A DNA stretch of 64,000 nt, from positions 23,560,001-23,624,000 of the forward strand of contig OY740798.1 of NCBI GenBank assembly GCA_963514005.1. The letters are read 5' to 3'. A program made the position numbers and the translations under genes. Below, in pieces: positions 26,331-40,439 of this stretch (within the stretch, counting starts at the first letter, position 1; each line of letters starts with the position of its first letter). Below the pieces are notes generated by a model. The model was not told the DNA's origin. It ran no database searches and was given only the letters and a program-made list of their open reading frames with translations. The DNA is from Raja brachyura. Lineage: Eukaryota.

Positions 26331-28164
26331 CGTCAGTGTCTGGAGGAAGGAGATATTCTGATGTAGGGTTTTGATGCGAAAGGTCGACCATTATGTTTCC
26401 CGCCATAGATGTTGCTCGAACTGCTAGGTTCCTAAGTTCCTCCCACCTCTTTGGTAGTGGAATTGAGGTGGTGGGAGGAAGGGACAGTTCCTGAAAGATA
26501 GAAGCTAAGTATGGGTTCTCAGTGAGGTCTCAATGCAACACAGTGCCAGTAAAATCTAGTTGGCCCAGGAGTGGTTAACAATTGCTGATATACAGAATAA
26601 CATGTTCTTAATTTCCCCGGCTATGCTCAAGAAGGAAATACCTCATCAAGTTTCTAGCATGCAGTGTGGAAAATTCTATTCTCAGTTGCATAGCAATGAA
26701 ATAAGTAGTGGTTTGTGATCAAATAGCTATGGCATAAATTTTACGTCACAGTAGCAAGTTATTCTGTACCATTGATGTGTTATTTTATTTGCCCCCCTTC
26801 TGTTCCTTTCTCCCGAATTTATTTTCAGTGTTAGTGGTCTCAATTATTCAACTAATAGCAAGCTCTGCATTTAAGTCACACATGGATCATTTAATAACGC
26901 ACTCAGACATTACAAAAACAAAATTGTATTTAAGACATTTTTAAATTCAAGTCAGAGCCGACTGAATGATGGTCTCAATTCTGGAAATATTTGCCAAAGG
27001 AGGATGCTGAAATTGGGTTTCTTATCCCGCCAGTACATATGAATTGTGTGGAGATAGCATAGTAATTCTTGAGATACCTCGTTCATGACTTGGATGATTA
27101 CAGTGATCGCTACTACCTTGCATACCAAGAGCTCTGTGCCAGGTTTTGAGTTGCTGATCTTAAATCCTTTTCTTGAATAGCCAAAGTATCACTTCTATTT
27201 GATATATCATGAGCTTTGTGCCAGGATATGACCCGTTAATCCTCATACTCCACCTCAGATCCTTATTGCAGTCATTATTTCCCCCATACCATCTGCGCAA
27301 AGAGGTGTTGAAAGTCTACAGACATAAAAAGTTCTTTATGATAGGTTTTGAAATCTCTACATTGATTACTCTGGCTTTAAAGATTAAGAAATTGGAATAA
27401 TCACTTTGATAATTAATTGGAAGACTGTTATGTGCAATATAACCGATAACTTTCAGTAGATTGTATTACACTGATGGGAAAATTACATTGGTCAATAAAT
27501 CAGATCCTGAGTGCAATTTCCTTAAAACTAAATTCAAGAAAGTTTTAAACTTAATACAGTTAATAAATTAGCAGGAATGTTGGCATCAGATTGCATTGAC
27601 AGCACAACAAGGTTAGCTGCTTCCTATCCCATGACACCAAAGACCAGATTAACATAACAAAATAACATGCATTCCATTGGCATCAGGAGCAACTGCACTA
27701 TTTTTTTAAATGGTACAATGTATGCAGGTGGCATAAACACATGAGAATAGGATTTGTAAAATGTCTACACATAATTGAAAACATATTGCTATAATTTAGT
27801 TTTAGTGTGTGCCTATTACTAGAAATCAAATGATTTCCATATTTTCATACAGTGTTCTCATTCTCTTTTGTCATTGACTTTCACATGTTCCTCAAAATTT
27901 GATGAAAATCTACTCATGGGACGGTAATTTATAGTGGGGACACAAGAGACTGCAGATGCTGAAGTCTTGAGCAAAAAACAAATTCCTGTAGAAACTCACT
28001 CAGGAACCCAAATGACCCATTTCAGTGCTGTACATTCCTTGTAATTCACTATTCTAACTCTGGTTAAGATTCCTATCTTTTCTCCAGCAGTTTAATTTAT
28101 AGTTGTGGTGACATCTCACATTAAAGGGCCAGAATTTATTTCCTTTGGGTCATTAATGATAATA

Positions 28165-28342
28165 GTTTCAAGAGAGAGCTAGATAGGGCTCTTAAAGATA
28201 GCAGTCTCAGGGGATATGGGGAGAAAGGAGGAACGGGGTACTGATTGGGGATGATCAGCTATGATCACACTGAATGGCGGTGCTGGCTCGAACGGCCGAA
28301 TGGCCTACTCCTGCACTTACTGTTAATTGTCTATTGTCTATT
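28165..28342 (+). mobile_element. CR1 LINE short 3' end
   Basis: GGCCGAATGGCCTACTCCTGCAC and (CTATTGT)n tail, same subfamily as the 8643 copy. Confidence 0.88.
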
Positions 28343-29764
28343 GAATTGAAGGGACAGTCCTTAATGAATAAAAAATGGCAGAAATCCACAGCACCAAAGG
28401 TGTGACTGAGGTAAATTCTTTGGCTCAAAGGCTGGAAGGAGGCTCATGTAAACCAGAAATCTTCACGTGGATAAATGACCTGTTTCTATGCTGTACTTTC
28501 TATGTAATTCATAATTCTAAATGTGGTAAGGATTTCTCTCCTTCCACTTTTCCAGGTGACTCTACAACTGTCATTTGACATTTGGGCATTCCTAATTTCA
28601 TAGCGGCTTCTCTGCTGATGTTGAACCAGGCCAGAATGAGGAAATTGGCATAGCAGCTCAGGCCATTACAAGCAACCGGTCATAATTCCACCTCTTTCTC
28701 TATCCTTGGCCTTAAAAGGACTTGGGAAACCTGGATCCCAACTAATTTCCACTGCTCTCAAACATTTAGAAACAGATTGATTATCAATATTAATGAATTT
28801 CTTTAAAATGTAGAAAACTTTGCAGTACAGTGATGCATCTATCACACACAGTCCTGCGGGAGATTAGATTTTTAAGTCTTCAAAACCTACTTTGCCATTT
28901 GCTGCTAATCATCTTTGATAATTACTTGCCAGTTAACCATCTGTTCAAACCTAAGGGCGAGCAAAGACTATACTTGAGGAGCTTCATTGGACAATATGTT
29001 GATTAAGATTTTTAAGAAGACGTAAAAGAATAATTCATTGAAGATATGGATGGAATTTTTAATTGTCCACAACATGTGTAAAATACGGTGCATTTATAGG
29101 TGAAGGAGTGAGGATGATGGATTAAACTACCAAATTTGTAATATCTGCTTGTTCAAAAGCTGCCATGAAGGTTGTGCTCAATTCCATTTCGAACATATCA
29201 TGTCTAAAACCTACTCTGAATAGTCTGGTTCCATGATTCTAGTACTTTGACAGCACTTAAAACTAACCTATATAGGTTTCAAGAAACCTGATAGCCAAAG
29301 TGACTTGGAGGCAATTGAAATGTACTTAATGTGATACTCATCTTTTCTCTACTCCCATCTCTCATCAGGAATTAAAGGATGTCTTCTACGTCTCCTTATT
29401 CCAATTTTATTCTGCTGCTCATTAAACTCTAAGATATTTAGTGCACCTACTCTAACCCCGCTGTCTGTGTAATACGTCCCACCATCAACCCTAAACCTCA
29501 TGTGGCAGAGTCAACATTCCATGACCATAATGTTTCCCCCATTCAGAAGGTGGCCAGTTATTGGGCAAAGAACAGAATAAAAAATATATAATCTGATAAT
29601 ACCATCAAATCTGACAAGATCAATGTGAAACTGTAATTTCCAGGGTGTTCTCTCTTAAAACATACATCCAGTCTCCTTTCCCACAAATATAGCTCTCAAT
29701 TTTTTGACCACATCAAGTGCAAATAATTCAAAATGGCAATTTACCTTGCCATGAATTTTTAAAA

Positions 29765-30865
29765 AAATACTGCAAATACTCAGCAGGTCAGCAACTTCTG
29801 TGCAAGAGTTAACAATTCAGATTGAAGGTGCCTTGTCGGAACTGGAAAAAAAGAAAGAATGGTTAAATTATAGGGACGGTGGGGGAGTGATGGATAGGAC
29901 ATACACATATCTCTGGGGAAGAGTTACTGTATGGATAACCAGAAGCAGTCATCAGGTTGATGGGAACAGCTACACAGAGAGCAAAAACGAACAAACATAT
30001 TGAAATGGGATATGCCCGGGTGCTCAAGCTGTACTACTAGCAATTGACAAACTGAGCCAATATCACTGATGGATGATTTACAACAGAAATGGTCAGTTCT
30101 GATACAGACAGAGAAGATGAGTAACCTGAATTTGTAAAATTTGATTTTGAATTACAATGTGCCCAGACAGAAGATGAGATAATGTTCTGCAAGCTTAAAT
30201 GAAACACCATTATAACACTCTAGGAGCCCACAGGCAGATGACTAGTAGACAAAACACCATTTTCCATATAACACTCACCTCGTCTGCACTTAGTTCCTTC
30301 AACGAACACTGAATGGAGTACACTGTGTTAGAAGAAGTGCAAGTAAATCATAGCATAACTTGGAAGGATTATTTGTGTCTCTACATGGATGGAAGAGAAT
30401 TTCTGAAAGGACAGATGTAGCATCTCTTGCTGTTGAATATGAAAATATTGTAAGAAAGAGCATTTGGTGAGGATGGAATAGTTGGACAGAGAATCAAAGG
30501 TAATGTTCACCTTGGAGTGTTGAAAGAGATGGGGTTGAAAAATGTGCCTGAGTGTGGTAAGTTGTTGAAGGTGATGGAAATTGCAAAGCATGTATGTGAA
30601 CACAGTAGATTGAATGCTGAAGACCAATTGAATTCTATCCTTGCTCTGATCAGGAAAGAAGAGGTGAGAACAGCTATATGGGAAATAGATGGGATGTGGT
30701 CAAGGGTCTGCCAACAACAGGAGAAGGGCAACCACAGTTCAGGAAGAAGGAAGACGTTAGATGCATCTTAATGGAACGTCTCGTCATTTGATAAAATAGA
30801 GTAGAGAAACGGAGGAACTGAGAAAATTGGATAGAGTCTATATAGGAGGCAGGATGGGAGGAATC
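29765..30865 (-). mobile_element. Degraded Penelope-like element
   Basis: Minus-strand SSHP...DSIQFSQFLR, ILRHFRHLQ-like and VYCIRC/YIGETKR-like relics. Confidence 0.6.
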
Positions 30866-32620
30866 AAAAAGCATAGTCTCAATATGGGGTTTTTCAAGAA
30901 TTTTCTGTTCCTATTTCTGATACCTGCTGTTTTTTATGTTAATTATCTTACCAAGGACATTGCCTGCCATGTGAGTCTCAAGGAAATAAGCCATACAAGA
31001 ATTCAGCAGTCCGTCATGGCAATCAAGCAATATTTAAATCTATTTGATTATTGTAACTAAAACTGTAATAATGCTTACCTTTCATGCTTACAGAACCCAA
31101 ACCAAAGATCTCACCTTTTTTTCACCCCATCCTGAACAAGAATGTCTTCATTTTAAAAAATAATTCCATAAAAATAAAAATAACACTTTCTTGTTCACTA
31201 AATAATTTATTGAACATATTACTTGTTCTTTCAAAGTATATTAGAAGGGATCTCAAAAATACTTGATTCTTGCTTTGTGCATTTTTTGCCACGTTTAGAG
31301 GAACAGTACTGCTGGAATTTGATCTAACTCTATGCCATGTGAAAGATTGTCCTATGTGATCCCTTACTTGAACATTGGTTAATTTTCACTCTTGGAATGG
31401 GTGGAAACATGTGATTTATGCCAAGTAGTGTTTTTTTTTTAATGCTGCTGCCTTAAGTGTAAATCCATTGGACTACCAAAATAAAAGGCCCATTAAGCAA
31501 ACCTAAACACTGTCGTGGATTACACCTTTAAATTTGCCAATTATATTTTGTTGAAGAATGGCAAGTTGTCTTAGAAATTGGTTTCTTCTTGTTATGTTTG
31601 GCTTTTTCTGTTATTTTTTCCAATTTGTAGTGTGCAATATTATCACAAAGGATTGTGCTGTTTTTAATGATGTAAGTTAAGATGTAAGCTAAATCACCAT
31701 CTTAAATTGCCACCATAATCAGCGTTAAATGATATAAGATATTGGAATCCGTGGAAAGTTCAAAAAGATTACTGCAATTGTAAAACCAATGTTATCTCAA
31801 TTACAGTAAGAAAATTAAACACTTAGGAATTGAAAATTACATTATGCAGAAGAAAACTTTATTCAATGCTATTGAGTTATCTATTGAACATAAAAAAATG
31901 TTATTCTGCATCCAGTAAAGACATCTGTGGTTTATTCTTCCCAGCAAATTTGCTTTCTCTTTTGTTGCAATTGCTATACCTAAGATATTGAAAGGGAATA
32001 GTTGATACAGTTCCTCAATAAATGCAAGCAAATTGCAAAATATATTTGTGGGAAACCAATAAAGTAATGATCACTTTATTCTCCTTCAAGTTCATCACTT
32101 TCATTCCAACAATTCCTTATTAAGGCCAGGTGTTTTGACAAAAACAAATATTGATGTTAAACACCTGTTTTATTAGAAAAATAAATCGGGATAAAACTGA
32201 AGAGCTCTTAAAGATAGCGGAGTCAGGGGACATGGGGAGAAGGCAGGAACGGAACACTGATTGTGGATTGTTTAAAAAAAACATAGGAGGAATTTCGCCT
32301 TCTGCAGGTCATCTTAACCGCAATAAATGACATAATAATGAATTGCACCTGAAGTAAAGTGACCATAATAGGAAAGGAAAATCTAAGGAAATCAAAGGAA
32401 AATATTTTCAGATCACATTTACTGCTCACTTACAAATCTTTGAATTGCCTTCACAGGCAAATCTAGATTTATGATGAACCACCACCACCAATGCCAACAA
32501 CTCACATGCCCATTAAAATAATTCTAGCCATTCCAAACTGCTGTTAAAATAGAGGTCTGAACATGGGGAGATCCATAATCACCCTTTGACAAATTTAAAT
32601 TACCTCCTTTCTATGTTCTT

Positions 32621-33070
32621 ATCAGAATCAGAATCAGATTTTATTCGGCAAGTATGTTTTGCAACATACGAGGAATATCACTGGCCAGGTCAGTCATACA
32701 ATTAAAACCAACAGACTCAAAGACACATTTTAACATGAGCATCCACCACAGTGACTCCTACACATTCCTCACTGTGATGGAAGGCAAAATAAAGTTCAAG
32801 TCCTTTCCTTGTGTGGGGCTCACGACAGTCTGAGGAGGCTTCCAACTCCATCGATGGTAGGCCGCAGAGTCCGGAGAATGTGGTCGAAAAATTATCACAT
32901 CTCCGGGAAGGTAAGAGCTTGAAAAAAAGTTTCCCCTGATCCCCTCCCCCCACATAAAACCAACCGAAGTACATTAAATCAAATTTTTAACAACACTAAA
33001 AATAACAAAAGATGAAAAAAACTAACAGACTGCCGACAGGGCTGGCCATCTCCCCGGCGCCCCTGGTGGC
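32621..33070 (-). mobile_element. Unclassified retroposon (SINE-like) with (TTCTGA)n tail
   Basis: Minus-strand 3' end ...GAATAAAATCTGATTCTGATTCTGAT; GC-rich 5' end. Confidence 0.5.
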
Positions 33071-33854
33071 CTTAAAATATAATTATAATATAGTAATAAT
33101 ATTATAATATCAGAAATACACATGGAGCTAAATTAAATTATGTCCAATTTAAGACTGCTCTTGTGAAAATAATGTTTTGGCAAGTCCTGATCTTTGACAT
33201 TATTATGTCGAGGTTGATAGTAGTATGGAATAAGAGGTTGCAATTTGTTTGGTCAGATTACTGGAGAAGGTGGCCAGAGAATCCTACCTTGTCCCATTTC
33301 TAACTGCTATGGGAAGATGGTGATAGGCCATCTTCTTCGACTATTAATATCTGCCCAATGGGCATCGCCCTGTTTTGCTTTTCGATACGTGTTCCAGGAT
33401 TTAGACTAAGTAGCAATAAAGCATTAGTCTGTGACTTGAAGGGAAATTTGCTGTTAGTAGCTCTTCTATGTGCCTTCTGACCAAGTTCTTAAAGTAGTAC
33501 AGGTCATGGGTTTGGAGATGCTGTTGGAGTAGATTGGGCACTTTGCTGCATTGTAATTTGAAGAGAGTGCGCATAACAGCCAGCTGTGATTCTCTTTCAT
33601 ATTTTGTGAAATTGCCCAGGATTTTAAATTGCCCTTTAAATCATCAATGAAAAACAAATAACCAATATCCAGCAGCAAGAATTTTTTGCTCTTCAAACCA
33701 AAGTACCAAACCATTTCTGATTTCTCGTATTTCAAAGACCATTTTAATTTTCTTACCTGAATTTGGTGTAAATTTGCATAAATAGCATCCAGAGCAACTA
33801 GATAATTTTATTGAAAATAAATCTTGGCTGCTCTCTCATTTCCCATGAATGTAA

Positions 33855-34140
33855 CAGTGGTGCAATGGTAGAGCTTCTGCTTCACAGTGCTGAGACTCTG
33901 GTTCCATCCTAACTAGGGGTGTTGTATGCGTGGTGTTTGTACATTCTCTCTGATTGCGTGGGTTCTCTCCAAGTGCGTCGGTTTCCTCCTGCATTCTAAA
34001 GACGTGCAGGTTTGTTAGTTAATTAGCTTCTGTAAATTGCCCCTAATGTGTAGGATGTGAAAGTGGGATAACATAGAACTAGTGTACAGATGATCAATAG
34101 TCGGCATGGACTTAGTGGGCCGAAAGCCTTGTTTCCATGA
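33855..34140 (+). mobile_element. tRNA-derived SINE (HE1/V-SINE type)
   Basis: GTGGTGCAATGGTAGAGC head, GCGTGGGTT..GGTTTCCTCC core, GTGGGCCGAAAGCCT tail. Confidence 0.82.
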
Positions 34141-36354
34141 GGAAAACAGAAACAATTCTAAGAGAAGGCTAATTTTCTAAAAAAAATCTTATCTGTAATC
34201 TATGAATAGTTACATAACTAATATCTTAACAGGATTAGTTTACTCTGTAACTTACATTGTTCATCATGGGAACATTAAATTGCAACCAGCTAAAAGGTTC
34301 CAAAATTAGAAGATAATCCCATGACCAATGTGGTGAAAATGCATGTTAATCTGAGAATGTGTTTTCATGTAATCGTAAAGATTTTGTAAAAGAGAGGTCA
34401 GTAAAATATTACAAGGCCTCGGCATATTTTAATTTCTGCCTATCTCAGCAATGTCTGATCTTGTGAATTCTACTTTATTTATTCAATTGTACTTTGACTT
34501 ATTATTTTATTTAGCAGTTAATCATGCAACATTTATGGAACTAATAAATAAATCAGCCTATTCTTGTATAATTGAATGTATGATCCTTTTGCTTCTAATC
34601 TGGGTAATCATTTGAGATAGAAGTATTCAAAAGGTGTTTTGAATAAATCTACTATGCTTTCAGAAATTGAGCAGGTAGAATGCCATACTGAGCTGTTTAG
34701 AATTTATAAATGAACTGTTGTTGACGCACCCGTGGTAAATATTTATTTGCCTAATAATCCATCCCAACTTGGATGGTCTTTATTTTTAAGTTTTTCAAAT
34801 GAAATAGAAGTAATGGTGGTTTATATTCAATGAAATTGCATGTTTTGTTCTAACATCCGTTGTTGTATTCTTTTATGCTGACTTTGTATTTTGTTTTATA
34901 ACATTCATGTTAAGTTTTGATATTCATAATTATCCACCCAGTTTTTTTTCCTTTAGTTTCAAAATGTCTGGCAATGTTCAATTTACAGTAATAAGTCTAT
35001 ATTGAAATATGATGGGCATTATTTCATTGGATTTGTATGTTTTTATGTGTTGTAATTACCATTGTAAATTATTTTATTTTGCCGTATCTGTTCACACTGC
35101 AAAACTATCTGATAAAACAAAAGGATGATTTAATAGAACTAAATCTAACCACCTACCTTAGATATTCAATGGTTTGACCAATGCCATTTCCCCCACACCA
35201 AGTGAGAGACTGGTAATGTGACAGCAGGTGATTCGCTTTGTTACTCTGCAAAACCATGCCAAGGCACATATCAGAATATTCAGCAGACTGGATGAGTGCA
35301 GCTCCAACAGTACTCTGAATGCTTGACACCAATCAAATGTCATTCACTATTCATATCTGGAAAGCTATTGCATTTCTTCATAATTATTGGAATTCTCTTT
35401 CGAATAAACGTATATACCTTTAGAAAACACAAACTGCAACAGTTCAAGGGGAAGGACTAAACATTGGCCTGTTTTCAGTGTCGACATCTTGTAACAATGA
35501 AAAGAAAATGAAATTGTTTTTTTTAGAAGGCTATTGGTGTATTACCTTAAATCATTCTTGCTACTTGCAATAACCCGACAATATTGTATATCTTTTGTGA
35601 TCTGGCTAATTACTTCATGCTTAATATTAAGAGAATTCAATCAATGTGACAGGTAACTCTTTAATTTTAAAGAAAATCTTTCACTGATAAATGTGATTAT
35701 CCTGCCTATTTTTTAAAAATAAATGTGAACTCTGTTATATTATTAAAGTTAGAATACCACTAACACCCCCAAGGTAGGACAGTATATTTCATGTACCCAA
35801 GTGCAGTTGTTTAAACATAAGCAGTTGGTAACATGCAACGAGGAAACATATGGTTTAACTTCATTTGAGGAGATAATATATTTGAACAATTAAATCTGAA
35901 TTGAATGCCAGGCACTTTTGATGATGAATAATACTCCCTTCTCTTCTGTGCCTATTCATAATCTTTGCAGTGTTATCCTTCTAGGAAAGTCCCTGCAGGC
36001 TTTTTACCTTCCCACTTCTCCTTATACCTAACATAGACTGAGATTACAGCAAGTAAGTACATCAATGGAAACAATATTGGAACAAGCCTGTTTCTTACCA
36101 TTCTGTAGTGCAACATCCTAATGCCTGGTTCTAGGCTTGAACATTTTAATTTGCTGGCCTTTCTCAAATACTTACCAAACGTAATGTTTCCAGCTTTATT
36201 ATTGCTACCATGTGCTTCAGCCACTAGGAGGGGCACTCGTTACATATTTGCCCAAATCATTTCTCATCTGATGCTGCTTTAATGTTTTCTTCAGATTCAA
36301 GATTTAGAAATTTGTCAGTGAAATGCTCAAAAAATTGAATTTTCACCCAAACAT

Positions 36355-36590
36355 GTTATATAGTGTTCAAAAGCCTGATGGTTATGGGAAAGAAACTGTT
36401 CTTGATCCTGGAGGTAATGAGATGAGAGCATGACTAACATGGTGTGGGTCTTTGATGAGATTATCTGCCTTTTTGAGGCAGAGCCTTCTGTAAATTCCCT
36501 TCAATGGTGGGAGGGCAGTACCTGCGATGGACCAAGCAATGTCTACCATTCTCTGCTGCCTCGATTTCTGGACGTTTGAATTACCAATCT
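36355..36590 (-). mobile_element. Rex1/Babar-like LINE 3' relic
   Basis: GTTCAAAAGCCTGATGGTTATGGGAAAGAAACTGTTC = reverse of an NSFFP..IRLLN-type C-terminus. Confidence 0.5.
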
Positions 36591-37300
36591 TTCAGTGATT
36601 CATGTAGCTGGAAACCAAAGTTCTTCTGAACCATTGAATCTCTAACCATTTTTTCCTCTTGTGGCTTGAACCAATATTGTGGACGGATGCCGTCTTGCAA
36701 TGAAGCAAGTTGCAAGTGGACCTGAGGATGGACAGCAAGCAGTATCTGGCTAAAGTGTCCTGAGTTTGGACTTTGATGGCTGACTGAGGGGTAACTACAG
36801 GGAATTATGATCCCACAATGCTATTAGAAGTGACAATGGTGAAACCAAAACTCCTATCATCCCAAGACAGTACAAAGATGTATACTTCCTCAACCCCGGG
36901 GATCATCTTAAATAACCAGTAGGAGGCATTTTGCTAGAATCCTCAAATCCACTGGTGATGGTAGAACGCAGACCATCCAGGTGGTATGCTTAGCTTTCAT
37001 GGCAAAAACCACAGCTTTTAACAAAGAGCTTGTACATTAAGTGGTTTTGCCCTGTTCTCCAACAGAAGTTTTCACTTCTGCCATTGGAAAATCCTCCTGC
37101 ACCACATTTGGTCCGTGACTGTTAACATGCACTTGTGACAGGTGACAACACTTCCCCCTCCTAGGTCCATGTAAACACAAAGTGGCACAATTAGAACTAA
37201 ACAGGATGTATCAAATTTCCAATAGGTCATCCTAGTTTGCTTTATCTCTACACTTCATCATCATTGGCCTCCTACAAATCCTCCAGAGAATTGGCACATC

Positions 37301-37544
37301 AGCCAATCTTTCCAACCATGATTCATAACTCTGGAATGGTGGGCTAACCGCGAGTTCTACATCCTCCCACATGAAAAATATCCTCTCCACTTCCACCTTA
37401 TCAAGATTCCTCAGGATTTTAAACATTTCAAATCGGTCCTCTTTCACATAAAATTCCATAAGATACGAGCCAACCATGACCAACCTTTTCTCATTGGTTA
37501 GCCCACCACTTCAGAGTTATGAATCATGGCTGGAAAGATTGGCT
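37301..37544. repeat. 49-bp inverted repeat flanking a 146-bp CR1-derived spacer
   Basis: 37301-37349 versus reverse complement of 37496-37544: 46/49 identical. Confidence 0.92.
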
Positions 37545-39085
37545 CTATCGGTACATGCCTCAGCTACCTCATCTGACAGATTGTCCATATACCCCCACCC
37601 TCAGAGTGAAAATGGTGCCCCTCAGGTTCCTAATAATTCTTTCCCTATCCTGGGTAATAAGAACCAGAGGACAATTCCCCTAGTTTTTTTCACACCTTTA
37701 AAAGATCACCTCCTAGCCTTCTGCACCAAGGAATAAAGTCCTAGCTTGTCCAATCACTTGTGGTAGCTCAAGTCTTAAAACCCTGACAACATCCTCCTCA
37801 ATCATCTCTGCACTCTTTCTAGGTTAATGATATCCTTCCTATATCAGGGTAACCATTGGCTTGTACAGCCGTAACATAACATCTTTACTTCTACTTTCAA
37901 TACCCGGACTAATGTGCCATGTCAATGTACTGAAAGCCTTCTTTACCACCCTTTCTGCTTGTGACACCTGTTTTAGGAAACTATGTGCCTGTACTTCTAG
38001 ATCCCTCTGTTCTACAAGACTCCCCTGGACCTTTCAGTTTATTGTGAAGGTAGTCACTTATTTGACTTCCCAAAATGCAAAACCTCACACTTAACTGCAT
38101 TAAACACCATTAGCTATTTCTCTGCCCACTTGCCTGGCTGAGCAAGATCTTGCTGTAACTTCTGATAACTATTTTCACTGTCTACGATACCACTTACTTT
38201 TGTGTCAATTGTCAATTATGAATCATGCCATGTACATTCTCATCGAAATCGCCAATTTATACTAAAAACAGTAATGGGCTCAGCACTGATACCTGAGGCA
38301 CACCACTAGTCACAAGCCTCTGGTCCAAAAAACAACCTTTGACGAACACCCTCTGCTTCCTACCATTAAGCCAATTCAGTATCCAGGCAGCTTGCTCTCC
38401 CTGGATCCCATGTGACCTAACCTGCCAGAACAATCAATCTGAACCATATCAAAGGCCTTGCTGAGGTCCATGTAGACAACATGTACGCCCTTCCCTCATC
38501 AGCCTTTTTTATTTCAAAAAAATATCAAATGTGTGAGCTACGATCTCCCACATACCTAACCATGCTGACTACCCCTCATCAGCCTCTGTCAATCCAAATC
38601 CATGTATATCTTATTCCCACAGAATCCTCTCCAGTAACTTACGATGTTGGGGTCAAAGGTCTGTAATTCCCAGGCTTTTCCATGCAGACCTTAAATAGAG
38701 GTATAACAATAGCCACCCTCCAGTGATCTGTCACCCCTCCTGTGCCTAACAATGATGCGTATATCTCAGTCGGGTCTCCTGCAATTTCTTCTTTTGCTTC
38801 CCGCAGTGTCCTTGCATATATCTGATCTGGAGCGGATGATTTATCGACCTTTGGATACCTTAGGACTTCAAGCATCTCCTCAACTGTAATGTGGATTGTA
38901 CTCAAGACATCTCCACTAACTGTCCCAAGTTCCCTAGTCTTCATATATTTATCCACAGTAAGAACGGAAGAGAAATACTCATTGAGGATCTTGCTCATCA
39001 CCTGCGGCTCCACACATAGATGACCACTTTGGTTTCTGAGGGGCCCTATTTTCGCTCTAGTTATCTTCTTTTCCTTAATGCACTA
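37545..39085 (-). mobile_element. Degraded CR1 LINE
   Basis: ILNEYFSSV, KSSAPDQIYARTLRE, WRVAIVIPLFK..KPGNYRPL. Confidence 0.85.
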
Positions 39086-40439
39086 AGTCATTAAATAAAA
39101 CAGAATATGCCGGAACAGCTTTGCATGTCAGGCAGCTTCAGAGATTTGAGAAACAGCTAACATATTAGATTGATGACAGGAAAAGTTAATCTGTAAACCA
39201 GCTTTTAGATGCAGAGAAAACGGAAACAGATGGAAAGAACACAAGTTTAGTGCAAGAATAAAAAGAGGCGCTAATACAATCGTCCATGTAATTTCCTCCT
39301 ACAAAAAAAGTGAGGGAGAAGACCCAAGAAGGATTGAAACTAAGAGCATTCCACACATCCTCAAAGATTCAGATACAGTTTGGATCTACATATCTCTTAG
39401 TTGGAAGAGATAAAAGAGGACTTGTTCAAGGTGAGAATACATTTACCCAGGTGTAGAGGATTAGTTGAAGAGAGAGATTGTTAGCCCCCTGTTTAAGGTG
39501 GAAAGAAAGAATGACCAGGACTCTCTATGGGAAGAATGGACCAGAAAAGGGATTGGTAATCCATGGTAAAGACAAGTCCCAACCTGTAACATCACCTATC
39601 CCTGTTCTCCAGAGACCCTGTCTGACCTGTTGAGTTACTCCAGCATTTTCAGTCTTTGATAAACCAGCTTCTGCTGTTTCTTGTTACTACAAACGATGAG
39701 TCAGTTGTGCCTAGGAAATCGAGTTGTTAAAGTCGTTGAGGATATCAAAAGTGTCACAAACGTAGATGGAAAGAGAAAAGTCAAATGAAGAATGATTATA
39801 ATAAGAAGATACAAGACCATCAAGCATTAAACTCACGGTTCACGTTCTCCAGGTATCATTCCAGGCATTTACTGTATTTCTGGGGCCACCTCCCTCCACT
39901 GGCAATAATTTCTGCCATTGGAAGTTTCTTGAGTTCCCTGGTGTACAGGACCAACCACCCACCTTCTTCCCCTATGTATCGATTTATTCTTCTAAGATTT
40001 CTGTGTCTTTATCAATGAAAACATGTGTGGTTTCTGTTCCCAGGTTTCCATGCCTTGTCATCTATATTACTAAAAGTCTGATCTTGATCGCTTTTGGCTT
40101 GCTGTGCTGTGATTTCCGAGAGAACGCCGCCACCTACGGCCGTCATTTTTGGCCACCTCGGTCAGAGCCCCCCTCCGCCTTCCTGGACCTGAGGATTTTT
40201 CCCATCAATTAAAAATCAGATAGATATTAATGTTATTAATTTTTTTGCCATTCTCCCTGCTGCCCCTGCTGGTGGGAGGGGGGGGGGGGGGGAACTATAA
40301 AACCCTGAAGTGGTGTGCCTCACTCAGTCTCTGCAAGATGGAGGAAGTGAGAGGGTCACGTCTCTCTGAATCACACTTGGCACATGTCTACTCAACTGTG
40401 AGTGCCCTTAATGTGGTTTGAAAATGGAAATATGGTTGG

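Noticed and set aside
33051-33072. CTCF-like motif CCACCAGGGGCGC on the minus strand
   Set aside because: One base short of the consensus spacing and inside a repeat; no supporting evidence
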